From: Cyanophora paradoxa CCMP329
Lineage: Eukaryota; Plantae; Glaucophyta
DNA length: 64,000 nt
Reading direction: 5' to 3'
Assembly: GCA_004431415.1 (NCBI GenBank)
Contig: QPMI01000651.1
Span: 62,001-126,000 of the forward strand
In this document: one piece after another, positions 11,963-23,562 of the stretch
How the letters are laid out: each line of letters begins with the position of its first letter
How positions within the stretch are numbered: position 1 is the stretch's first letter
Notes under the pieces: model-generated
What the model was told of the DNA's origin: nothing
The model's input: the letters and a program-made list of their open reading frames with translations, nothing else
Database searches by the model: none
Translations under genes and position numbers: made by a program

Positions 11963-14900
11963 GTCGGGGGGATCAGGGAAGCAGACTGTACGCCGCAGAA
12001 GGCGCACTCAGTGTCAGCAATGTGAGGGAATGCAAATAATCTCAAATGTGCATGTGGACGCACTCTTGCCAGCAGTCTGATGTTAAAAACGTCCAAGGAC
12101 GCGCGTCAGGAATATATATATAATTGTGCCGGATGTTTGTTCTATTATTGCGTATGCGCACCAGTGCAGCCTCTTCAGCGGCGTTCCTCTTCATACCGTC
12201 GCCGCACGGCATGCAGCTGGGAGTTGAGTCAAGTGAGCGGTTTGCGATCGGACGATCGTGATGATGAATATTCAAAACTTAAGTACAGACGTGCGCTCGA
12301 CGCACCCGGATCGCGCCTTGATGAGGTTGCTGAGGACGTCCTTCAGGGGAGAGGAGGTTCCTTTGCCGGCTGTGGCGTCCAGGCCGGTTGCCGTGCTCGG
12401 CGTCCAGCTGTCGGAGGCGATAGCGCTCGACATCGTAGCGGCCGCCTGCGGGTGCGGGCGCCGCCCCGGGCCAGGGCGGTGAGATCGCGCTCCGCGCACC
12501 CCGACTCGAATGCATCACGCACCCCGCCAAGCATCTCGGCGAAGCGATCCGCAGGGATCGAGCAGGGATCAAAGTCGGGGTAGCATCCGTACAGGAGTTG
12601 CTCCGCTGAGTAGCTGCGGAAACACGCAACGGCAACGTAAGCAAACCCCCGTAAATCGCTGGATCGAGGGCGGTGCAATTACTTCAGATATCTGCACGAG
12701 GGCGAAGATCAAGGGCAAATCACAATGCTAATTCGACGTTTCGCACTTGGCAACGAGGCGGGAAAAGGCGCGGATGGTGCCGATGGCGGGGGCCGCCTCC
12801 GCGTATGAGGTGCCGTTCATGTCCTTCGTCGCCGCGCACGTGTCCCGCAGGAGCGCGTCGCTCAGGGCCTTCGCGCACTCCGACTTGCCCGGGTTCGCTG
12901 TGGGGCACTTCAAGGTGTCCGAACACACTACGACGGGACCAGCGCACCCGCGTCCTCCTCGAGCAACTGGCTCGTGACGGCCGAGACGGCCTGCAGGATG
13001 CTCTGGTCGTACTGCTTCTTGGTGATGGCGCCGGCGGCGAGCTTGGCGTCCAGGTCCGCCTTCCGCTTCCTGTACAAGTCGCACGCGGAGCCAGCCGGCG
13101 GTGAGGCGACGGTCGCGCTCGTCTGGCAGTCTGCGGGCCGCGGCAAGCGATCGCCAGCCAGGCTTCAGTCTTCGAAAGCTATAGAAGGTTCGTTGAAGGC
13201 AAACGCGGAAGGCACCGGCGCAGCTGCGCTCCTTGTCGCAGATGGTGATGACGAGGGGGACCTGGCCGACGGGGAAGGAGAGCTCCGCGAACGAGCCGCT
13301 GTACTGCGTGGGCGCCACCGGCAGGCCGTTGCGCTGCGCGCGGCGCGGTTCAGACTCGAAAGTCCAGCGAAATCACATGCCGCGGCCGGCCTCGGCATCC
13401 TCACCTTGAGGGTGTAGGAAAGGGGGAGCGTGTCGTTGTCCGAGACCGTCCAGCCCTCGGCCGTCACAGTAAATGTATCCTAAAGGCGAGTTTTAGAGCT
13501 GAAACACCCTCCGTATCTACAGTATCTAGCCATGGTTGAGTATCTAGCCGTTCTCAGTATCTAGCCATGGTTGAAGGCACCTGAAGAAGGATGCCATTCG
13601 CGGGCGTGACGGAGCACTTGCCAGGCTTGGGAGGGCCAATGAGGCTGTGAAGCGAGGTCACCGAGCAGCTTAATCGGATTTCAACGAATTCGAAGAGTTA
13701 CCGGACGCGAATCTCGTCGAACACAACCTCATCTTGCGGAGCGTTCGGGTACGATGCCACGCAGCGCTGCGCAACGCGGATGATTGTGAGCACAAAAGCG
13801 ATGCACTGTTTCAATCAGAACGTCTCGCTCACAAGAAGGTACAGCTTATCTGCGAGTTGAGCAATGAGCGAACATGCATCGATGCGCGTATACGAGGCTC
13901 ACCGTAAACCAGCTTGGGGCGCTTCTCGGGGCTGAAGACCATGAAGTTCTCCGCCTTGTTGGCGCCCGCGTTGAGGTAGGTGAGGATCTCCGCGAGCTCG
14001 GGCTCCTTGTTCGGCGCGACCCACGACATGACCGCCACGCTCGGCCAGCCTGCGACCCGGTCAGAAGCCGCCGTTCGCGGGTGCGGGACGTTCTCGAGAT
14101 TTTAGATCTAGATCGCGCACTGGGGTCGGGGTCGACGCGGGAGCGGCAGCGCATGGTCAGCGTCTTGGAGTCGGTGAGCTTGGTGGGGTCCTTGAGGCTG
14201 GAGGTCTCCGTGTCGATCTTCACGACGGGGAGAACCTTGTCGAGGACGTTGATGGTGATCGAGGTGGTGTCCTCGGCCCAGCCGGCCCCCGGGCAGGTCG
14301 AGTTCACGCGCAGGTAGAGCGTGTACGACTTGCCGAACGCGAAGTTGGCTGCGCGCGACGAAAGCACACAACGTAAATTTTCAAAAACGCGGCTACATAT
14401 ATAGTCGATCGGATTGCCGCGGGACGCACGGATGGCGGGAGCAGGGGCCGGCGCGGTGCTGGTGGCGAGCGGGACCGTCTTCTTGTCGGCGCCGAAGGCG
14501 GTCTCGAAGAGCACGGTCGAGGCGCCGTCGAAGGGCTCTCCCTTCGGCACGAGCCGCCACTGGTACTCGTACGTAGCGGTCTTCGAGCAGGATGGGTTGT
14601 ACGATCTAACGCGAGCGCCAGCGGTGAGACACGCTGCGAGCGCTAGCATTTGACTTCAGGGATGCTTACGGGGAGCCGTCGACGACGAAGGATGCATCGC
14701 GGCCGACGCTGCGGTCGCCTCCAGCGATGGTCGCGGTGAGGACGGTGGGCAGTCCGTCCGCGCCGGGGGGAGGGCGGGGCGCGGGCGTCGGAGGAACGGG
14801 TGTCGGCCCCGTCGCTGGAGGAATCGGCGACGGCGTCGGTGTCGGAGGAGCCGCGCAATACGGAATCACGGCCTGGAACGCCACCGAGTTCTCCTGGAAG

Positions 14901-17900
14901 CCGCCGAACTTGTTGAAGGCCCGAAGGTACGTGCGGTACCACTTGCCGCAGACGAATCCCTCGACGGGGCAGCTCGGGCTCATGTCGTTCGTCATCGCCG
15001 CGCCGGCCTCTCCCTTCGCGACGCCGTCCACGGTGCAGATGCGCTTCACGTGATCGCGCGTGGCGGACGGCGCGTTGGCGGTCGAAGAAATCTGCGTTCA
15101 ATCGCATCAATTCGTTAGCGCGTACGTGTGTGGAATACCAATCGACGGATGTCCCATTGCCAACCTCAAAAATGGTGAGACTGTAGCCAACGGGAGTGAG
15201 CCCAGTCGCGGGATTTGTCCAGCCAGCTGATGGATGCATATGGTTCAGCGTTACCAACCAAGTAAAGGCTTGAGCAGATCCAAGCACGCCCACCGGTCAG
15301 GCCAGTCATCGTGACCGGAGGCGCGACAAATCTGTAGGGGTCCTTGAAGCCGAGGATGTCGGCCCTCCTGAAGCCCATGGCAAACTGAAGAAAGGAAAAG
15401 TTTGAGTTGGCCTTCCGGAGTCCATGAACGAGATCTCGAAATGCATCGATTCTGGGCGGAGGCTATAGCTACGTATACTCACCCCGATGCTGACAGCGTC
15501 ACCAGACTCCAGCCAGCCGCCATTCCGCTGACCGAAGGAGAACCAGACCTGACCAGAACCAGAATCAACGGTCGAGCTCGGCAACGGGGCAGCGCGATCG
15601 CATATGAGGGCAGACCCCAATCACGCTATCCGCGGCGGCGGTCGCTCCAACGTTTACTCCAAGGTAAGGGTTTGCAATCGGATCCCTGATCTTCTCATTG
15701 AAGGTTCTGGTTGCAAGGGGTGTTAGCGCAACGAAAAACGCCACATGTCGCTTAGACACTACTGCAAGCGACGAACCGGGTTCCAACAGAGTCGACAGCC
15801 GCATTCGAGTATCCGACGCGCGCCCTGACGTCTTCGGCCACGTATCCGATTTCGCAGCGCTCTGTGCTCGCTCTAAGCGCGAATGCATTCCGATTCTTTT
15901 CTTTGCCTTATAGTTACCTGCCACGATTCCCGAGGCAATGTTTCCCGCAACGGTGCCGGACGCCCCGGTGTAGGTGGAGCCCGCGGGCTGGGCCAGGATC
16001 TCGTTCTTCGTCTCTACGAACACGCGCACGAGTTAGCCCCACCTCTACGATGAAGATATTGAGATCCATCGCGCCGAGAGATCAACAAAACTTTGCGATT
16101 CTATCTCTAACGCGTGAAATTACCGAAGAAATCTTTGGTAGCCCAGTTTAAGTCTATTGCTTCGTACTCTTGCTTGCCCGGCCCCCAGTAATCAGTCGCA
16201 TCCGCGTCATTGGCGTTCACCTTGTCTGAGACGAGCACGAGGCAGAACCAGGTTATGAAAGCAACAAAGGAAATTACTGCTTTAACATCTCTTCCTGCTC
16301 ACCGGCTCTCCAAGCCCCCAAATTCTCTAGATCGGAATACCTGCCGGCAGCTGTGCGCGACTGCCCCTGATCTGCGGAGTGGTTTCAAGTTCAAATGCAT
16401 TAGTATTTGTTCGTGCAAGTGGATCTAGATCTTCAGCATCCGCAAACCCGGATCGATGTCGCGAACTGCACGGAACGGACCACTCAGATGAGAGGGCAAG
16501 CTGTTTTCCATCACACGATTTCGAGTAGAAGTGACTGACCGTAGTATGGAAGCTGCGTCGCCGGAGATCCGTCGCCGTTGCGAATCACGACGTTCACGTA
16601 GACTGCAAAATAATGTCCGTGCAATGCTTTCAGTGCAAAATACGAATATGGGCGATGGCGAAACTGGCTGTTCTCGCGGCGGCGCACTCATCATGTCAAG
16701 CGGCGGCGTCTGGTCATCCGTGTTGAAGAAGTACCTGCAGTCGGAGAATTCGAACGCAATGAACAGGCGGCCTCGTATATATGCAAGCCGACAGCTGCGG
16801 AGCGTGGGCAACGCACGTGTGCTCTACGGAAATGTTGTTGACTGGGTGGAAGGCGCGGTGGACGACGGTTACGCCGGTCGAATCTGTGGCCCTGCTGACG
16901 ATTGTGCCGTTCAGGGCAGCCCTGTTGAGCTGGCCCGGTGCGATCTCTCGGGACGCTCCGGCGTTCTGGAATTCGTCTGCTCCGAGCTTCACGCCCCATC
17001 TGCCAAAGAAAATTGAATTTAATTTTTCGCCGCGCGTTTTACATATATAAGTATACCATAACGCACCCCTCGAACTGCATGTGCGCGGAGCAAGTAAGCA
17101 ATTACCCGCGAAATGCGTGTGAGTGCGCAATTCGAAGTAAAGTCCGTGCAAATGACGAATTCGAACTCGAACGTACCGGCAAGCCTCTGATAATCCACAA
17201 AAGCACGCATTCAAAAGTTTCGTGAGATCATGCCGCAGACTGCTAAAACGAGCACTTATTATTATGTAAAATTTGCGCACGGGATAAAGTAGTCGCTGCG
17301 AAAGCAACGGTCAGTCTTCCGCCAAACGGAAGCAGAATTGCGCAAGGCTTTGACATGGAGGACCAGGCGCACCCGCAGTAAGCTATCTGCTGGCCCGTCT
17401 CCTGAGAGCCTTCGATGTAGTCATCGGTCGCGGGCCAAGAATTCCATCTTCGCCACGTGAGCCCAGGGAATGCGACGCGTGCGCACGATCGCAAGCTGCG
17501 AACCCGTCCTTGTCGACGTCGACCATCAAGCCGACCGCGCTGTGGCGCATTGCCGTGTATCCGCGGGGCCTGCGAATTCCCGCGGGCCGTTCGGCAAGGC
17601 CTTTACAATCGTACGCGTAGTGCGTGCTCGTACCAGGAATCCGGGGGGAGGCTGAGGGTGCCCAAGCTTCCCTCGTTGTCGTGGATGGCCGTGAGGATGT
17701 ACTTCGTGACCTGCGAGGGTCGCCGTGCGCGTCACGGATCATCGGATTGCACTTGCACTTGAATTCGAAGCAAGCTTAAGGTATCTGTCATCAAGCGTCT
17801 CACTATGTACGTGTCGCCGGTGGTGGTTCCCCCGACAGCGATGTCTTTCGCTAGATACGCCCCGGGCTCTGGAAGGGACACCGCGAGGTTTCCGCGGATT

Positions 17901-20745
17901 TCAAACAACGGGCTGCGATGCGGGTGGAGGGAATAAATATACTGATGAGAACCGATGGTCGTGGGCGCTTGATTGCCCGCGGGAGCCGCGCTCGCACCGA
18001 GAGAAGAAGTAGGTCTGCCGAGTTACGTACGCCTCGTCCGCGTTCCAGACCGTGGCGCCACCGCGGTCACCGTTGTACTTCGACGGGTGCTGCGCGACGT
18101 CGAGGCAGGCGTTGTAAGGCTTAAGAACTGAGGCATATTCGAGATTGAATGACATATACCGAAAACATGAGTTCGCCCATGCTCTGTCAAGATTGAAAAT
18201 CGCGAACGGGTCAGAACAGAGATCGATATAAAGGGATTGACGCGTGGAAAGCGCATACGTGACCCAACCAGCGTCTGAGGGCCGAGTATATACGCAAATA
18301 TCAGCCTGCTATATCGATATCGCATTGGAGAAGTTTTCAAAGACGCACGGAAACATGCTGCCGCCTTGGGGGCGAGGGGGGCCGTCAGCCGAAGACTTTG
18401 CGGGACTAGAAGCTTAAAATCACGAACCCACGAGCGGCTTGTAGGAGGCCACGTTAGCGCACTCTTCGGGGGCGCAGCCAGGTCGGGGTTGATTCAAGTT
18501 CGGTCTCTTCCCCAGGAAATTCATGAGTCCGACCTGGCGGTCGCTCCCAGCCGAGTTTCCGAAACCCCAGGCTGAGGAGAACCAGACTCCGTGCGTGTGC
18601 ATCCCGCGCATGTCGTTGGCGTCAGCGCCATCGAGCCCGTAGGAGTTCATCGCCATCTACGGAAAACACATCGAGCGTTCGCAATCGCATTCCTAAGTCT
18701 GAAAACTCCAGGTAGATAAATTACTCACACTGAAGAGCTTGCCATCTGTCCTATTGATCCTGAGGCACCACTGCGGGTCCATTCAACATCGTCACAGGTA
18801 CAGAAATCATTCAGGACCAACGCACCCCCTCATTAAGTGTGATGGGTGCCTGCAAAGGATTATTAATATTTCTACTGCGGAAAGAGCAATTGAAACCGCA
18901 TAATCACCGAGCACTGAGCGTACACGTCGAGGGTGTTTGTGGTCGTCCACCGATCCGCCGTATTCACAGACACGTCCGCTGGAATAAGTGCGATTGGATT
19001 CGTCATCATAAATATAATCTGAAGTTCGTAGGGCGAAGAAACTGTAATTGCAAACCACAATGCGCGATGAGTGGATAGCTCCGAGGGGTAACCTACAGCC
19101 GCGAGCAAAGCGATGTGTGCACAAGCATGCGGTATTTTTTCATAATTAGATATCTTTGAGACACGCACGTCAAGAGGGAACGGCCAAGGCCGGCCAGACT
19201 CGGTGTTCTTTTTAGGCCTAGTAAACCGCACGAACGAAACCTGCATCCAGAAATGTAACAAAAGGCTCATTTACAGGTTCCCCGTATATTTAAAGTTCAC
19301 CTGGTAGGTCGCTGCCTCGTCTGTTGCCACGAACCCGGACCCGTCTGCGGGCTCCTTAAAACCGAGCTTGCCAGTCGGGTAGTACATGGTCCAGTAAACC
19401 TGCGCGCAGGCCCGCCAGGCAAAATTCAGCATCGCCGACTGCGCACTCGTGTACGCATGAGCTCGACCAGCGCACACTGGAGACGTTGACGGGAATATTG
19501 GTATACGTCTGAGGCGCGTTTAAAATATTTCGATTATGCAGGAGATCAAGCACGAAACTAGCTCACCTGGCACCTACGCGGAAATTACGTATACGTATAC
19601 CGTTAATCAGTAGTCAAAACAATTGCAACAGTTTAACTTGTATGGTCAAGAAAACTCGCACCAAAACCTGTAATTAAAATAAATTCACATCAGCTTGGCA
19701 TGCATGCGGAATTGACGCGCAATTGCAAATCGACTCACCAATCCCGTTGCGGGCCACGCTGCCAGGACTGAAGAGTGCACCCGCTGCCAATCACCGAAGG
19801 ATTGTTGGTGCTGTCAGTGCTACACCTATACGAACGCATTGCTCCATCCTTGATCGTTTGCACGGCTCGATAGAACGTGCCCCCCGTGCCTGTTATGGTC
19901 CTTGCAGTCTTCAAAGATCTCGATTCAGAGGATTGAATGATTCACAATTGCAAACGCAACTTCGAGATCGTACCTCAACGGCCCAGGTACCTGGTTTCGA
20001 AGAAACCAAAGAATTGGGTCCAATTATCAATACATAATGTCTGCAAGCTCATGCATGATCATACCGATGTATCCTTTGCCGTTAGCATTGGTGAGAGTTG
20101 TGCTGTCCGTCCCGCTTCCATCCGTTCCCGTAGTCCTGCAAAATTGTACATTTCGCTTGTTAGATCTTTCAACGCGCACCCGCGCGAAGAGGATCGTGCA
20201 CGTGCGCACCCCGTAGCCAACGTGTAGGTGGACAAAATGGCTTCCGATTGCACACGTACGCGTCATGGTCAATGCCAGCATGACGCACGCAAGGGCATGC
20301 TGTGATCAAATGCGTATCAATCACCTTTCGTTCCGGGTAGGCCGGTGGAATTCATCAAATGCGGCCGCCCTTGGACGCCGCTCCGACCTACCGACGCTTC
20401 GGTTTTAATGGCGGTGCCGGCGCGCGCGCGCGCAAGCGACAGTCGAGCAGCGCGCGGACCCATGTCCTTGGCCTGCTTCTCGGGGCCGGTCTTGGGAGTA
20501 CTGGTGGTTGAGTTGGTGCTGTTGTCCTCCAGGAGGTGCCTACGCTCGACGACGACATCGCCTGGCAAACCAACTTCCGACCGCAACTTCTCCGGGTGCA
20601 CTCCAGAGCTCGTGGGCAGGCTCTCCACCGCGAAGGCCGCCCAGCTGCAGGTCGCCACGAAGACGGCAGCAACGGCTAGCGCGAGCAGGTGCCAGCGCAA
20701 TCCGCGGTCGACTGACGGCCGCAGCGCCTGGCCGCTCCGCGCCAT
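7092..20745 (-). CDS. Giant multi-exon type I membrane protein, copy B: signal peptide, large unknown ectodomain, FN3, Pro/Thr linker, REJ, GAIN/GPS, 1 TM, ~10 cytoplasmic FN3-like domains
   Basis: ATG at 20745 gives MARSGQ...WHLLALAVAAVFVATCSWAAFA (signal) and an RRHLLE processing-like motif. Exons with GT/GC-AG borders run on the minus strand down to 7092. REJ-like motifs: LTATIAGGDRSV...VVDGS.SYNP (~14760-14590) and PPKPGKCSVTPANG..DTFTVTAEGW...PLSYTL (~13640-13405). CTHLTTF at ~10858-10880, TM at ~10600-10670. Continuity of the 15.4-20.7 kb exons with the rest is inferred from same strand and no evident intergenic gap. Confidence 0.7.
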
Positions 20746-21869
20746 TCGGGTTCGGAACACTAATCTGCTGTCGATCCTTCGTGCCGTGCGCGCGGGGCGA
20801 TTTAAAGCCGCGATTGAGGTACTACAGTACCGGTCGCGCTGCCAATGCCGAATTCGAAGCGGACGCCGAAGCTCCTCTGTGATCTAGCTAATACTAGTAG
20901 TAGTAGCTATAGATCTGGAACCTGGATTCTGGATCTGATGAGCTCAGCGGCTTCGTGCCGGCGCTGCGGCCGCTGCCGCCGACTCGCCGAGTTGGCGCCG
21001 AGAGGTTCGGAGAGGGCGACGAGTCCGGGAACCCCACTGGGCCAAGCGCATGCGCACTGAGTCACATTACACTGTGACAAGGCATATATTTATGTCAACG
21101 TGCACCCTGAGTCTTGACTCTTGCATGAATGATCATGTACACCGTACGTATCCGGCGTACTGGTATGCAGTGGTATCTTAAAACTTATTTTGAAAAGCTT
21201 TAGTTTTTATTACTAAGTTAGTTATATTATGCGGCATGGCAGCGCGCCCGCGGCGTGCCGGCGGCGCCGCGCGTGCACGTGATATATATACAAAGTACAA
21301 AGATCCGGTACTACCGGCTAGTACCGGGTAGTACAAATTTTTAAGGCTTGCAATTGAGATACTATGATATTGTAAGCCTGGGCAGCCCCCGCAGTGCTAC
21401 TTGCGCTCGTACGCGTAGACTCTGAGACGGGTATTAATATAGACGTACGCGGATAGACTGTGCTATTTGTGATTACTTCTGTTATCTCTTTATATTACTA
21501 CCTACGACAGACCCGTCGACAGGCTACGGGTGGCTCGCCCCGCCTCAAAACGAAGATAGACTGTACCTGAAGGGGGTATACCATAGTACCGCCTGTGCGG
21601 AGCAGGCAGCAGCTCGTCTAAATTTTTCCACATTTATCGTGGATGTCCCCATTTATCGTGGTGGATGGGCAAACGTCTTACAGTAACGGATTTATTAATA
21701 GCCTTCCAGTAACGGCCTCCCCCGCGGAAATGCCGGAAATTCAACCATGAGTGTATATATAAAATACTATAACACGCAACAACTGTGACAACACTCACTG
21801 CAGCTGGTAATATAGCCTGGTATGCGCAGTCACTGAGTGACTGTGACACTAGCTATACTACCGTCGGGC

Positions 21870-22650
21870 ACTAAATTACTGCGGCGTTAATTAACGCGGT
21901 TTCAAAAATGGCACTCCTCTAGCTGAGCGAAATACCGCGGTACCAAATTAACGCGGTTTTAAAACTTTGAGGCTTGTATGGGGCAGTAATTTGATGGGGT
22001 ACTGTATGGGGCGACTTCTCAGCAGCAAATTACCGCGGCACCAAATTACCGCGTTTTAACAAACTTTTGGCGCGTTAATTTGGTACCGCGTTAGTTAAGT
22101 GCCCGCGGTACTTAAGTGCCCTACGGTAGGGGCAGAGGCGACGATACAATCTCTGAATTCGAAAGCGAAACGCCAACTGAAGACTGGACACGCACTGCTG
22201 AATTAAGAGTACCCTGCGTGTCAGAGTACGGCCGCCGGGCCTGGCGCCCGCCGGCGGGGCCGCCGCCCGGCCCGCCCGGCCCGGCGGCCGTGCCGGCGCG
22301 GCCCGGCGCCGGCCGCGGGCCCGCAGCCTGGCGGCCCAGTGGCCCAGTGGCAGTGGGACCTGAGTAGGTGCACGTGGCAGTGGCGGCAGTGGCGGGTCAA
22401 TCCGCGCCGATTCCGGGGTCACGAACTCGAAATATTTTAAATTGCCGCAGCGCCGCGGCGCCGGCCGGCAGAGATTCCCAGTACCGGTACCGCGGCCGCA
22501 GGCCCGCGCAGCGGCGCGTTAATTTATAGACCCTGGCCCGAGTCCCCCGACTCGGGCCGAAGCCTGCCCGAAGCCTGGGCTGAAGGTGGCCGCCACTGGC
22601 CGGGCCAAAATACTACGCCAGTGCGTTACCAAATTACCGCGTTATCTTAG
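21870..22650. repeat. Array of AAATTA(C/A)CGCG(G) motifs (~38-bp unit x3 direct, one inverted, one distal)
   Basis: Units at ~21873, ~21930 and ~22027, inverted at ~22072, distal at ~22626. Confidence 0.7.
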
Positions 22651-23562
22651 GGGTATACGTAGTCCCATCTCCGCTACACAAAAGCCCCGCGAAGCCTGAG
22701 CTGCCTGACCTACTAAAGTTTTACCAGCTGCTAAAGTGGCAGTTTTGGCGAAGTACTAATTATTTTCCTGTACTAAATTAACTAGTTCTCTAGTCACTGA
22801 GTAGTGCCACAGTGCAGCCACACTGCCACATCGGCCGGCCCACACGGGCCACACGGGGCCCACACCGTCACGTCGGCGTGCCACACGCGTACGGTATCAA
22901 TCTTTTGCACGGACTCAAAACTCGTTTGCACGTGCAAAAGAAAAACAAACAGACAATTAAAGAAAGTTGCAACGGTTTTCGTTCGAAAAACAACACAAAA
23001 ACAAATTGCAACGGCTTCAAACTGGGTCCCGGAGCCTGAAGAATCTGCCGTCCGACGCCGACGGTCTACCCTGAGACTACGTATACCCCTCCCGGGCCGC
23101 GGGCCCCCTTAAGCTTGACGCTTGCTACATATACCCCGCGCCGGCGTGGCCGGCGCGGCCGCGTCGCCGCGCGGGCCGCGCGGTCTCTCTTATATATATT
23201 TCGTACGCAGACTCTCAGAGACTGAGACGTGTCAGAGTCTGAGAGACTGAAACTACCCCGCGCCGGCCGCCGCGGCCCGCGAATTCGAATTTGATCTAAG
23301 GGCGCACGACGTCACGGTGTACCCCCCAATTTCTTCTTCCAGAGGCCGGTCGACGTCTACGTACTTTAGCTATCAGCGGTGCGCTCAGTCTGTTTGCACA
23401 ATCGAAAGCCGAGAGCGCTAGCGTGCCGAGCCGAGACCGGCGGTCGTGCTGCAGCTTCTAGATCTCTCCGGCTGCGCGCCGCGCACGCGCTCGACCGGCT
23501 GGCATAAGCGTGCGAGCGTACGTGGCAGCAACTAGCATAAGGAGCTCGAAAAGCACGGCGGA

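Noticed and set aside
13518-13575. agtatctagcc x3 short direct repeat
   Set aside because: A local intronic micro-duplication with no further structure.
21870-22110. Possible CRISPR-like array
   Set aside because: Repeats are degenerate with irregular spacing and mixed orientation; the context is eukaryotic and there are no cas genes.
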